From NCBI GenBank assembly GCA_017544165.1, contig JAFYER010000012.1, positions 67,401 to 131,400 on the forward strand: a DNA stretch of 64,000 nucleotides. Reading direction: 5' to 3'. Numbering within the stretch: the first letter of the stretch is position 1; each line of letters opens with the position of its first letter. Under the pieces are notes generated by a model. It was not told the origin of the DNA. It was given only the letters and a program-made list of their open reading frames with translations, and did no database searches. The position numbers and the translations under genes are program-made. This document shows positions 18,309 through 26,872 of the stretch, piece by piece. This DNA comes from Bacilli bacterium (GTDB lineage Bacteria > Bacillota_I > Bacilli_A > RF39 > UBA660).

Positions 18309-18677
18309 TTACTTTTCTAGTATATATCTCTTATTTCCGATAATTACCCAATCACATTCAATTTCTATTATGATTTCAGTGTCATCTTGTAGAGTAAATT
18401 TATAGACTGTTGTATTATCTTCGCAGGCCATATTGGTTTCTTTACCAATTTTTATTTCTTTTAAATTATTATAAATTTTTTGAAAATCTTCTTCATCTAC
18501 TTCTTGAGTGTCATCTCCACCTTCGGTGTACTTGATAATTTCTATTTTTTTAATATTATATTCATCTATTTTTTGATAATCGCCGTAATCCATAAGTGAA
18601 GTTAATTCTTGAACTTTAGCGCAACTAGTAATAAAAAGTAAGCATGCAAGCAAAACTAATAATCTTTTTTTCATCAT
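18309..18677 (-). CDS. Small lipoprotein, function unknown
   Basis: Signal peptide with lipobox (LLFITSC). Translationally adjacent to the upstream gene (stop at 18679, start at 18677). Confidence 0.55.
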   Translation of the reverse strand: MMKKRLLVLLACLLFITSCAKVQELTSLMDYGDYQKIDEYNIKKIEIIKYTEGGDDTQEVDEEDFQKIYNNLKEIKIGKETNMACEDNTTVYKFTLQDDTEIIIEIECDWVIIGNKRYILEK

Positions 18678-18678
18678 A

Positions 18679-19797
18679 TCACTTTTCTATATATCCACTT
18701 ATGGCAGATGTATACATATCATCAGTTATTGTTTGATATCTTTCACCTTTATAATCATCAGTAAAGCCGTTATAGGCTTTATATATTTCACCAGTTTCTG
18801 TATCATATACTCTTTCATAGCCTAAAGTAGCATCACTTTGTTTTTGACTTATAATGTCATATGAATTATTTCTCTTTTCCCATGAATCCATAATCATATC
18901 TGATATTTGATCATATACTTTTTGATTGGCTTGAATTGTTGATAATATACTTGATTCTTCTTTATTAAATGAACTGACAAAATTTTCACTAAATTCTAAA
19001 GTCGCAATACAGTTATCTAAAATGCTTTGCCAGTTAATAAATTCATCATCAGGAGCAGTCATCAATATTGTGTTATAAACTATCAAAGGCCATACATCAA
19101 TTTTTTCACTAAATATATTAAAGATATTACTACTAACATAATAAGGTCCAACATCTTTGACACTTGCAGTAAATAATCCTTGGATTAACTCACCTTTATC
19201 ATTTTTATAGGTAGCTCTTAGTACATCGCCACCGATAATGTTAGCTCCTAGATTTTCTACTACGGTGAAATCATTCATTTGTTGTAAATATTCATATTTT
19301 ACATCATTGGCATTTACATAAGCTGCCGTTTCATTCCAAGCATTAAAGAATCCTTCAGTTGTATGAGGATCAATAACAGGAAGTTTAGCAAAGACAGCAT
19401 CAGGATAATATGTTTGTTGCCAGTTTTTAGCAGCTTGCGATTTATTAAATCCCTCGAGTTTCATCATAAATGTTACCATATAATTAGGGTTTTCAGGATT
19501 ATATACTTTAAATGAATAATGGATATAATCAAGGGCAGGTACATCTACTTTCCATCCTTTAGGAATCTTCATTGATATTAAACCATTATTATAATCTTCG
19601 TATTCAACTTTGCTAGCTAAAGTTTTAGCAATTTTAACTTTACCATTTTGTGTCTTTATTGTTTCATTTCCTTCGTTTGAGCTATTTAAAAGATAAATAA
19701 CTAATCCTGCGAAGAAAACTGCACATATCGCAATAATTATTCCTTTTTTATTAACTTTTATTTTTGCTTCTTTTCCCTCACTTGGTTTATCAACCAT
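18679..19797 (-). CDS. N-terminally anchored extracytoplasmic protein, function unknown
   Basis: Single TM segment (IIIAICAVFFAGLVIYLL) followed by about 330 aa of soluble sequence. No motif recognised. Confidence 0.55.
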   Translation of the reverse strand: MVDKPSEGKEAKIKVNKKGIIIAICAVFFAGLVIYLLNSSNEGNETIKTQNGKVKIAKTLASKVEYEDYNNGLISMKIPKGWKVDVPALDYIHYSFKVYNPENPNYMVTFMMKLEGFNKSQAAKNWQQTYYPDAVFAKLPVIDPHTTEGFFNAWNETAAYVNANDVKYEYLQQMNDFTVVENLGANIIGGDVLRATYKNDKGELIQGLFTASVKDVGPYYVSSNIFNIFSEKIDVWPLIVYNTILMTAPDDEFINWQSILDNCIATLEFSENFVSSFNKEESSILSTIQANQKVYDQISDMIMDSWEKRNNSYDIISQKQSDATLGYERVYDTETGEIYKAYNGFTDDYKGERYQTITDDMYTSAISGYIEK

Positions 19798-19891
19798 TTC
19801 TAATCAACTCCTTATATACTTTCATTATTCTCTAATATCAAAAGCATTTCAATCTTATTTACAATAATTTACTTATTGTTTACAAACGTAT

Positions 19892-20314
19892 TTATCTTTT
19901 TTTGTAAACTAAAAGTTCTGGATTATTGCCATTTTCTTCATATTCACAGACAAGTAAAAAATTCATATTTGCAAGTAAACCGAAACATTTTTTAGTACTT
20001 TCATCGTTAAAAGGGCACTCTACTTCATTACCAAGATAAGCAGCATTATCATCAATAAATTTAACTTTTTCTCCGTTAGGGAGTCTATATTCTAAGTTTA
20101 CATACTCTCCATGTAATGGATATAACTCATCTATTTTAGGCATACCATCAATATTTAAATCATTAAATTCTTTGATTAATGATTTTTTAAATTCTTCGTA
20201 ATAATCCTTACCATTTTCAATGTATTTAGCTATCCAACACTTCTTACACCCCGCACACTTTTTTGTTTTAAAAAAAACGCATTCATCACAATTTGCTCCA
20301 CATACTGCTTTCAA
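19892..20314 (-). CDS. Cys-rich small protein (possibly DUF3795-like)
   Basis: N-terminal CGANCDEC...CAGCKKC cluster. The family assignment is tentative and from memory. Confidence 0.45.
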   Translation of the reverse strand: MKAVCGANCDECVFFKTKKCAGCKKCWIAKYIENGKDYYEEFKKSLIKEFNDLNIDGMPKIDELYPLHGEYVNLEYRLPNGEKVKFIDDNAAYLGNEVECPFNDESTKKCFGLLANMNFLLVCEYEENGNNPELLVYKKR

Positions 20315-20380
20315 TAATAACCTCCATATATTAAATACTTCAATTATAGCCTCAATTCAAGACTTGAAAAAAACCAGCTT

Positions 20381-21094
20381 TTATGCTGATTTAATCTTTA
20401 AACTCTTTAAATAGTCTTTTTGCTTTTCACTAATTCGGTAGCTTTCCGCTGCTTTTTGAATAGTCTTATTATGTGTCCATAAGTCTAATTTATGTTTTTC
20501 AATAAATGGCAAAGTACTATCATATTGTTTGGCAAGAGCTGTTGCAAAAAACCATGCTCTCATCATATTTACATAATATTCCTCAGATTTAATGTTAGAA
20601 ACCATTTCTAAATACTCTTTTTTGAAGTTATCGTCCAAGAAATACTGCATAAGCATACTAATTCCAAAACGAATAGTATAAACCTTTTTTGATTTTATCC
20701 AAACTTTGATTTGTTTTAATAGTTCATCAAGGTGTTTTTTAAAAACTTTGGGTGACATTTGATCACAAGTTGCCCAATTATCGATGTATGGCAAAAAATC
20801 ATTAACTAAACTAATACATTCATCATAGTCTTTTATTTGGGAAATAATAAATGCATGTAATTGATTTTCATCAAAATACCTGTGAGGTAATTCATTTAAA
20901 AATGATAAATAATTCTCTTTTATTAACTCTTTTGCATAATCTCTAAGCTCAGGAGTTCTAACACCAATTATTTCATCGGGATTTATGGTAGGAATAATTT
21001 TAATTTGCATATCCCGATATTTTTTATCTTGCATTTTGAATAATTCTTTTTGAATATTTTTCATATATTTCCTAAATATTTCTACTACCTGCAA
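20381..21094 (-). CDS. DNA alkylation repair protein (AlkD/HEAT-like repeat family)
   Basis: The pattern ...YRDMQIKIIPTINPDEIIGVRTPELRDYAKEL... and overall helical-repeat character match the family. The alternative start ATG 21064 would remove the 23-nt overlap with the upstream gene. Confidence 0.6.
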   Translation of the reverse strand: MQVVEIFRKYMKNIQKELFKMQDKKYRDMQIKIIPTINPDEIIGVRTPELRDYAKELIKENYLSFLNELPHRYFDENQLHAFIISQIKDYDECISLVNDFLPYIDNWATCDQMSPKVFKKHLDELLKQIKVWIKSKKVYTIRFGISMLMQYFLDDNFKKEYLEMVSNIKSEEYYVNMMRAWFFATALAKQYDSTLPFIEKHKLDLWTHNKTIQKAAESYRISEKQKDYLKSLKIKSA

Positions 21095-22004
21095 TAGAGA
21101 GTAAATCTTCAGTTATCTCAAAACCCTTATTAATTAAATCCATAGCTATAAGCTTTGTTTCATCAGTAAAATCATACTTAAACAAATTAATTATAGCTAC
21201 CAATTCTTGATAATGTTTTTTGAAATCAGCATATATTTCACTATAATATCTTCTTTCATCTAAACCTTCATTTGAAAAATCTCCATAACTAACAACCAAA
21301 TATAGCATGCTAAAATCACTATTCAAAAGTTTCTTTATTACTTCCCGGTTATTATCACTTATAGGTATTCTTATATAATTAACTTTAGTTGAAATACGTC
21401 CAATTCTTTCAAAAGCATTTCCTTCGATATAACATGGTTTATTGGCATCAACTTGAACAATTTGATGAATGTAGCCTTTTTTTCTCAAGCCAAAATAATC
21501 GGCTACTTTTAGTTGCTCAATGATATTGGCAATACTTTTTTGAGTTTCCTCTCCTTTTCCACTATGGGAATTTATTATTTTTTGTTTTGATTCATCAATA
21601 TAATTAGAATATATTATTAAATTAGAATCATTAAAATCAATCGTTTCATCCCCTTGTATTGGGACATTTATATCATTTAAATATGTTTCACCCTCACCTT
21701 GTAGTTCATTAATAGCTCCTTGATATTCCTCAAGTTCGTCTTTTTCTAAAATATCTGCCTCTGTTTCTATTATTTCAACTAAAGCTAATATTTCCTTATA
21801 AATATCTAATATTTTGCACACTCTAGCATATTTAATTAAATCGTCTTTAGAAAGTGAAAACATTTGCATATACATTTCGATATTAATTCCATTTAAAACA
21901 TCATGATAATAGTGATATAATCCATTTGGAATTTTTCCTTCATAATGATATTTAATTGTTTTAATTCTTTCTATGAAGGGTTCATCATATTCTCTTTTTT
22001 CCAT
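21072..22004 (-). CDS. Hypothetical protein (310 aa)
   Basis: Long ORF with codon usage like its neighbours. No recognisable motif. First gene after the palindromic element at 22083-22130. Confidence 0.5.
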   Translation of the reverse strand: MEKREYDEPFIERIKTIKYHYEGKIPNGLYHYYHDVLNGINIEMYMQMFSLSKDDLIKYARVCKILDIYKEILALVEIIETEADILEKDELEEYQGAINELQGEGETYLNDINVPIQGDETIDFNDSNLIIYSNYIDESKQKIINSHSGKGEETQKSIANIIEQLKVADYFGLRKKGYIHQIVQVDANKPCYIEGNAFERIGRISTKVNYIRIPISDNNREVIKKLLNSDFSMLYLVVSYGDFSNEGLDERRYYSEIYADFKKHYQELVAIINLFKYDFTDETKLIAMDLINKGFEITEDLLSIAGSRNI

Positions 22005-22082
22005 ATCTATTCCTCATTTTAATCATACCATTCAATAAACAAAATATAAAGATTTTTATAATTTTCATAAATATTATTTCTT

Positions 22083-22130
22083 TTCAAAGTGCAAAATTTG
22101 CACTTTGAAATTATTTTTTTGCACTTTGAA
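22083..22130. promoter_or_regulatory. Candidate operator: 27-nt perfect palindrome plus a third half-site
   Basis: TTCAAAGTGCAAA-A-TTTGCACTTTGAA at 22083-22109 (13-bp arms). TTTGCACTTTGAA is repeated at 22118-22130. Confidence 0.5.
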
Positions 22131-22133
22131 TTA

Positions 22134-22160
22134 ATGAAAAAAGTAGATTTTCATCTACTT
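22134..22160 (-). terminator. Intrinsic terminator of the XRE-family gene
   Basis: Minus strand reads aagtagat-gaaa-atctactt followed by UUUUU. It overlaps the stop codon at 22159-22161. Confidence 0.7.
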
Positions 22161-23646
22161 AATCCATATTTTCTTGTAAATCAAATATTTGTTGTTGTAA
22201 TTTATTATTTTGCTTTTCAAGTTCTTCTATTCTATTTTCGTAGTACGTTCTTTCTTCATCATTTTGTTTTTCTTTTTCTAAATGATTAGACCAATTCTTT
22301 TTTAGTTTTTCGATATTATTTTGATTAGTATAAACGACCATTTTTTCAACGTGGTCACCCATTAAAAGTATTTTTTTATCATTAGCATTTTTAATAAATG
22401 CTCTTGCAATTTCAATTGGATTTTCACAATATACTCTAGCTACAATTGTATTTTCATCATGATAATCATCAATTTCACAGTATTTGTTAAAAGTATATTC
22501 TATTTTTACATTGGTATTATCTGATATAACATACTCTACTTCATAATCATAGTGTGGATATATTAATAAATCATCTTTCATATCATATTCTTTTGTTATG
22601 GTTTTAAGTATAGACTTATCATTTTCTATTACATCAAAGGAAATAGATCCAATAAAAATCATACCTCCGCCAATACCTAAAACAATTAATGAACTAATAA
22701 AACTCCATATCATTTTCTTTTTATCATTTTTTCGATTAAAGATAAAATTTAATAGCAAAAGAAGAATTACTATAATTATTATAGAAGATGATAAAATTGC
22801 CAAAAGTATTCCTGCAAATAAGAAACCAGTTTTATAAAGTAGGAATGATGCAATAAATGTTACAAATAAACATATTAATACAAATGCTACAAAGAAGCTA
22901 AAAAATAAAGCAAAAAATTTTATAATACCTACAATAAACTTAAACAAATTATTTAAAAATTTATATTCACTATGCTTAGGATCTCTTATAATGATTTTAT
23001 TATCATCTTTTTTAAATTCAACTTTGTCATTATTAACTACTTCATCATTTTTTTCATTATCATCATTTGTTTCTACAAATTCATCCTTTATTTTTTCATA
23101 ATAATCTAAATATCTTGTTTTAAAAATATGGGCAATTATTATAATAGATACTATCAAAAGAGCTACCACTAATATAGAATCAAGTAAGCTAAGAATGAAA
23201 TGATATACTTTAAATGGTAAAAATCCTATTAAATGTCCAAACAAACTATCTAAAACGCTATATATAAGCATTGAAAATAGTAATAATGCTAAGGCAATTA
23301 TTAATTGCTCAAATAGACATTTTATTTTACTTTTGAAGTTCATATTACTAAACATATTAATAGTACTTGTAATAAAACCCAAAAAGTCATCAATACCTTT
23401 GTTTATCCTTTTTTTGCTTTCCTCCTCTCCCTTTACTTCTTTAATATCTTTATGTAATAAATCATCAATATTTAAATTGAATTTTTCACACAAAGCTATT
23501 ATTTTATCCATTTCTGGATATGCGACAGCTGATTCCCATTTGGAAATTGCTTGTCTTGAAACGCCAAGTTCATCCGCAAGTTGTTCTTGTGAAAGATTAT
23601 TTTCTTTTCTAATCTTCTTTAAATTTTCTGAAAATTGATTATTCAC
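22159..23646 (-). CDS. Membrane-tethered XRE-family HTH transcriptional regulator
   Basis: N-terminal LKKIRKENNLSQEQLADELGVSRQAISKWESAVAYPEMDKIIAL (Cro/C1 HTH), several TM spans, a roughly 150-aa extracytoplasmic region and a C-terminal coiled coil. GTG start 23646, 6 nt after AAGGAGG. Confidence 0.7.
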   Translation of the reverse strand: MNNQFSENLKKIRKENNLSQEQLADELGVSRQAISKWESAVAYPEMDKIIALCEKFNLNIDDLLHKDIKEVKGEEESKKRINKGIDDFLGFITSTINMFSNMNFKSKIKCLFEQLIIALALLLFSMLIYSVLDSLFGHLIGFLPFKVYHFILSLLDSILVVALLIVSIIIIAHIFKTRYLDYYEKIKDEFVETNDDNEKNDEVVNNDKVEFKKDDNKIIIRDPKHSEYKFLNNLFKFIVGIIKFFALFFSFFVAFVLICLFVTFIASFLLYKTGFLFAGILLAILSSSIIIIVILLLLLNFIFNRKNDKKKMIWSFISSLIVLGIGGGMIFIGSISFDVIENDKSILKTITKEYDMKDDLLIYPHYDYEVEYVISDNTNVKIEYTFNKYCEIDDYHDENTIVARVYCENPIEIARAFIKNANDKKILLMGDHVEKMVVYTNQNNIEKLKKNWSNHLEKEKQNDEERTYYENRIEELEKQNNKLQQQIFDLQENMD

Positions 23647-23685
23647 AATTTCCCTCCTTTACACAAACATTTTATTATTTCTACC

Positions 23686-23733
23686 GGTTGCGCTCTACCA
23701 TCTTTAGGTTGTTTTTTGTAGAAATTCGGTTGC
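23686..23733. repeat. Three GGTTG(C/T) direct repeats phased at exactly 21 bp in the XRE gene upstream region
   Basis: GGTTGC at 23686-23691, GGTTGT at 23707-23712 and GGTTGC at 23728-23733. Confidence 0.6.
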
Positions 23734-23751
23734 ATTTATCATATTTTACCA

Positions 23752-23778
23752 TAAAAATAGCAGATTTTTATATCTGCT
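23752..23778 (-). terminator. Intrinsic terminator of the Ppx/GppA-like gene
   Basis: Stem agcagat(23759-23765)/atctgct(23772-23778). On the minus strand it is followed by AUUUUUAU. Confidence 0.65.
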
Positions 23779-23807
23779 TATATATTTATTATTTTTAGAC
23801 TTTTTCT

Positions 23808-24704
23808 CTAATTATCACTAATAAGAGAATTTTTAATACCATCTTCCATATTTATTCTCGTAGGAATAATATATTTAGCATCTATTTGATGAGAAATATA
23901 ATTTGTAATTACTTTCATTGCTCTTGAACCATCAAACCAACTTGGATTATCACTATTATTTCTAATTCTATCTAATGAAGTTATAAGAGCATCTTTGTCA
24001 TACTCATCACTCATATCAATAGTAATCATTTTACTTTGATTTTCATCTTCATAAAGAGTATTATCTAGTAATTTATATTCAGCATTATTGTACCAATAGA
24101 AATGATCTCCACCTGCTAGAATTAAAATATCAGCCTTAACATTTAAATCATTTATTAATTCACTTACATAGTTATAAATTTCATCGAAAGTGCATGTTGG
24201 AATATCATCTTTTAAACTTTCAAATTGATTAGTAACATCTACTACACCGAAATTATAATACTTTTTATCTATAATTTTTTTATTATTGACAAAAATAAGT
24301 TCAATAGAGCCGCCACCTCCGATAAATACACAAATATTACCATCATAATCTATATTTGCATAACAACCAAGAGCTGTATAGTATGCCTCTTCTTCTTGAG
24401 ATACAACAGTTATTTTTAATCTACACTCTTTATAAACTTTGTCATTTACTTCCTCTAATTCCTCTTCGCTTATATTTCTAAAAATACTACATCCATATAT
24501 ATGAACGTTTTTAGTATACTCTAAGGCTTTTTTTATAATATTAATAAGCTGCTCAACATCACTATCACTAATTTTGCCATTTTCTTTATAATTAGATTTA
24601 AGTTTCAAAGTAGTATTATCATCATAAATAACCTTTCCTTGTTCATAAACATGTGTTTTAGTGTTATAACTGCCAATTTCAATAATTGCAAATCTTTTTT
24701 TCAT
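23808..24704 (-). CDS. Ppx/GppA-family (ASKHA-fold) phosphatase-like protein
   Basis: IIEIGSYNTK (phosphate-1-like), VVSQEEEAYYTALGC and VFIGGGGSIELIF match the pattern of the Ppx/GppA N-terminal domains. Confidence 0.55.
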   Translation of the reverse strand: MKKRFAIIEIGSYNTKTHVYEQGKVIYDDNTTLKLKSNYKENGKISDSDVEQLINIIKKALEYTKNVHIYGCSIFRNISEEELEEVNDKVYKECRLKITVVSQEEEAYYTALGCYANIDYDGNICVFIGGGGSIELIFVNNKKIIDKKYYNFGVVDVTNQFESLKDDIPTCTFDEIYNYVSELINDLNVKADILILAGGDHFYWYNNAEYKLLDNTLYEDENQSKMITIDMSDEYDKDALITSLDRIRNNSDNPSWFDGSRAMKVITNYISHQIDAKYIIPTRINMEDGIKNSLISDN

Positions 24705-24737
24705 ATTTTTTATTCCATCCTTTCTAATATAAAAAAA

Positions 24738-25142
24738 TTATCTTATAAGTTTTTTATTTAAACAATATGGTATTACTTCGTTTTTTAGAGTATTAGATAA
24801 AATATCATACCCATCAGAGGATTCATACCACTTAAACGATTCAATTTCCTCAGATGTTTTAATATTTCCTTTTAATAAACCATTATATTTGAAAACATAA
24901 AAATGGATTGGGGTTATTCCATCACTTGTTGCTATTTCGTCAAATTCCATCACTAGTTCAATTAGAGAGCTATCAAAAATTGCTTCATCACCTAGTTCTT
25001 CATGGCATTCTCTGATGGCAGCATCAAGAGGGCTTTCACCATCTTCGACTTTACCACCAATCATTTGATATGTAGACCTTTTTCTCGGTTTATCAATTAA
25101 TAATCTTTGATTTTCAAAAAACATTGTTCCTACCACTTCCAT
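24738..25142 (-). CDS. NUDIX hydrolase
   Basis: Nudix box GGKVEDGESPLDAAIRECHEELG. Confidence 0.75.
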   Translation of the reverse strand: MEVVGTMFFENQRLLIDKPRKRSTYQMIGGKVEDGESPLDAAIRECHEELGDEAIFDSSLIELVMEFDEIATSDGITPIHFYVFKYNGLLKGNIKTSEEIESFKWYESSDGYDILSNTLKNEVIPYCLNKKLIR

Positions 25143-25144
25143 AA

Positions 25145-25627
25145 CTACCTCGAATTAATCATCTGCATTAAAGCCTTTTCCCATGTATCAAAAACAGCAG
25201 CATATTGAAGGCTTTCTTTTTCCTCTTTACTTTTTTTATTTAAATATTTCTCTACTAAACTATTAAGATATGGTTCAAATTCATTATAAATAGAATTATC
25301 AACACTTAATCCATTGCCAAATCCCATATAAAGATATTTGTACTTTCCTTGATAATCCTCTTTATTAGAGTTTTTCCATGTTTCATACCATTTAGGAAAT
25401 TGTTTTGTAACATCATCAAGTGATATTTTATATTCTTCTTTTTCATCTTTGCTGGGATACATCCATCCATCAATCCGATAAAATGTAAATAAATTATCTT
25501 TTTTTATAACAAAAGTCGTTCCATCTTCATCACCCATTCTACCTGGGTTTGTGATAAACATTACATCATCTTCATTTAAAGCTAAAAAATCTTTTTTTGT
25601 TATTTTGTTGGTTTTAAAACCATTCAT
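25145..25627 (-). CDS. Hypothetical protein (160 aa)
   Basis: ORF tightly packed between the NUDIX and methyltransferase genes. No motif recognised. Confidence 0.5.
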   Translation of the reverse strand: MNGFKTNKITKKDFLALNEDDVMFITNPGRMGDEDGTTFVIKKDNLFTFYRIDGWMYPSKDEKEEYKISLDDVTKQFPKWYETWKNSNKEDYQGKYKYLYMGFGNGLSVDNSIYNEFEPYLNSLVEKYLNKKSKEEKESLQYAAVFDTWEKALMQMINSR

Positions 25628-25630
25628 AGA

Positions 25631-26827
25631 TTACCTTCTTTCTAATATACAGACACTCTCGCAATGATAAGTGTAACTAAACATATCAAGGATATATACT
25701 TTTTTAACATTGTAATTATCTATAAATGATTTTAAATCTTCAGATAATTTTTGAGTTTCACATGATATGTAGATAATACTTTCGGGTTTTATCTCAAGGA
25801 TTTTACTAATTGTTCTTTGGTCTAATCCTTTTCTTGGCGGATCAATAATAACTGTATCAATTTTATCTTTAATAAGATGTATTTTATCTTCGACTTTACC
25901 TAAAATAAAATCTATATTGTCTCGTTTATTCATTTTAGCGTTTTTTAAGGCATTAACTACTGCACTTGGAATAACCTCGATGCCATAAACTTTGTTTGCA
26001 TTTTTACTAGCGACTATTGAAAGGGTTCCAACGCCAGAATATAAATCTAAAACATTTTTACCTTTAACATTATCATTAATAATTGCAAATAATTTACTGT
26101 TTATATAGGAATTTACTTGAAAAAAAGCATCATAAGCAACTTCGAAGAAAGTGTTATTTATAATATCTATAAATTTATTATCACCATAAATACATTTATC
26201 ATTTAAAATAATACCTACGACTTTTTTATTTGGATAATCTTCTTTATTTAAAATAATATCATCTTCAGTTTTAATAGATATTAGAAGTTCATCATTATAA
26301 TTACATCTAATGGTTACATCACCATTTTTAATATTCATTTTCTTTATATCATCAATAAAGGTATTTATACATGCTATTGTAATATGACAGTTATCTATTT
26401 CAATAATATTATGGGTTCCTTCTTCATAAAAACCAATAATTCCATCACTTACTTTAAGCTCTATTTTATTGCGATAATTCTTATCATTTTCATTTTTAAT
26501 AACTTCAATAACAGGTGTAATACCTACTCGATTTAAAATATTTTTTACTCTTTCTTTTTTATATTCAAGTGTTTTTTCATATTCCATATTTTGAAGTTGA
26601 CAACCACCACATTTATAGTAATATGGGCAAAAAGCTGATAAAGCATCTTCTTTTCTTTCAATAAACTTTTTTACTTTAGCTTTAATATACGTTTTTGTTT
26701 CTTTGATAACCTCGAAAATAACTTTATCACCAGGAATTGTTTTACTGACAAAAACAGTTTTACCATTGATAAAACCGATGCCGTTTCCCATATGATCCAT
26801 TTTTTCAATAACTACAACGTTTTTCAT
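25631..26827 (-). CDS. RNA (uracil-5-)-methyltransferase, TrmA/RlmD family, with TRAM domain and Fe-S cysteines
   Basis: N-terminal TRAM-like beta domain, the cluster CPYYYKCGGCQLQ, SAM motif VLDLYSGVGTLS, and C-terminal DPPRKG and the catalytic Cys region (YISCE). Confidence 0.8.
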   Translation of the reverse strand: MKNVVVIEKMDHMGNGIGFINGKTVFVSKTIPGDKVIFEVIKETKTYIKAKVKKFIERKEDALSAFCPYYYKCGGCQLQNMEYEKTLEYKKERVKNILNRVGITPVIEVIKNENDKNYRNKIELKVSDGIIGFYEEGTHNIIEIDNCHITIACINTFIDDIKKMNIKNGDVTIRCNYNDELLISIKTEDDIILNKEDYPNKKVVGIILNDKCIYGDNKFIDIINNTFFEVAYDAFFQVNSYINSKLFAIINDNVKGKNVLDLYSGVGTLSIVASKNANKVYGIEVIPSAVVNALKNAKMNKRDNIDFILGKVEDKIHLIKDKIDTVIIDPPRKGLDQRTISKILEIKPESIIYISCETQKLSEDLKSFIDNYNVKKVYILDMFSYTYHCESVCILERR

Positions 26828-26872
26828 AAGTTTATTATACTAAAAATCATCATAAATGATAATACTATAAAT

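Noticed and set aside
26792-26872. N-terminal extensions suggested by the ORF track for several genes (26792, 30630, 15614, 5798, 9003, 43087, 49654, 60675, 62643)
   Set aside because: Internal ATG codons preceded by good SD sequences give N-termini that match the respective families and remove overlaps with neighbouring genes. I used the shorter coordinates.
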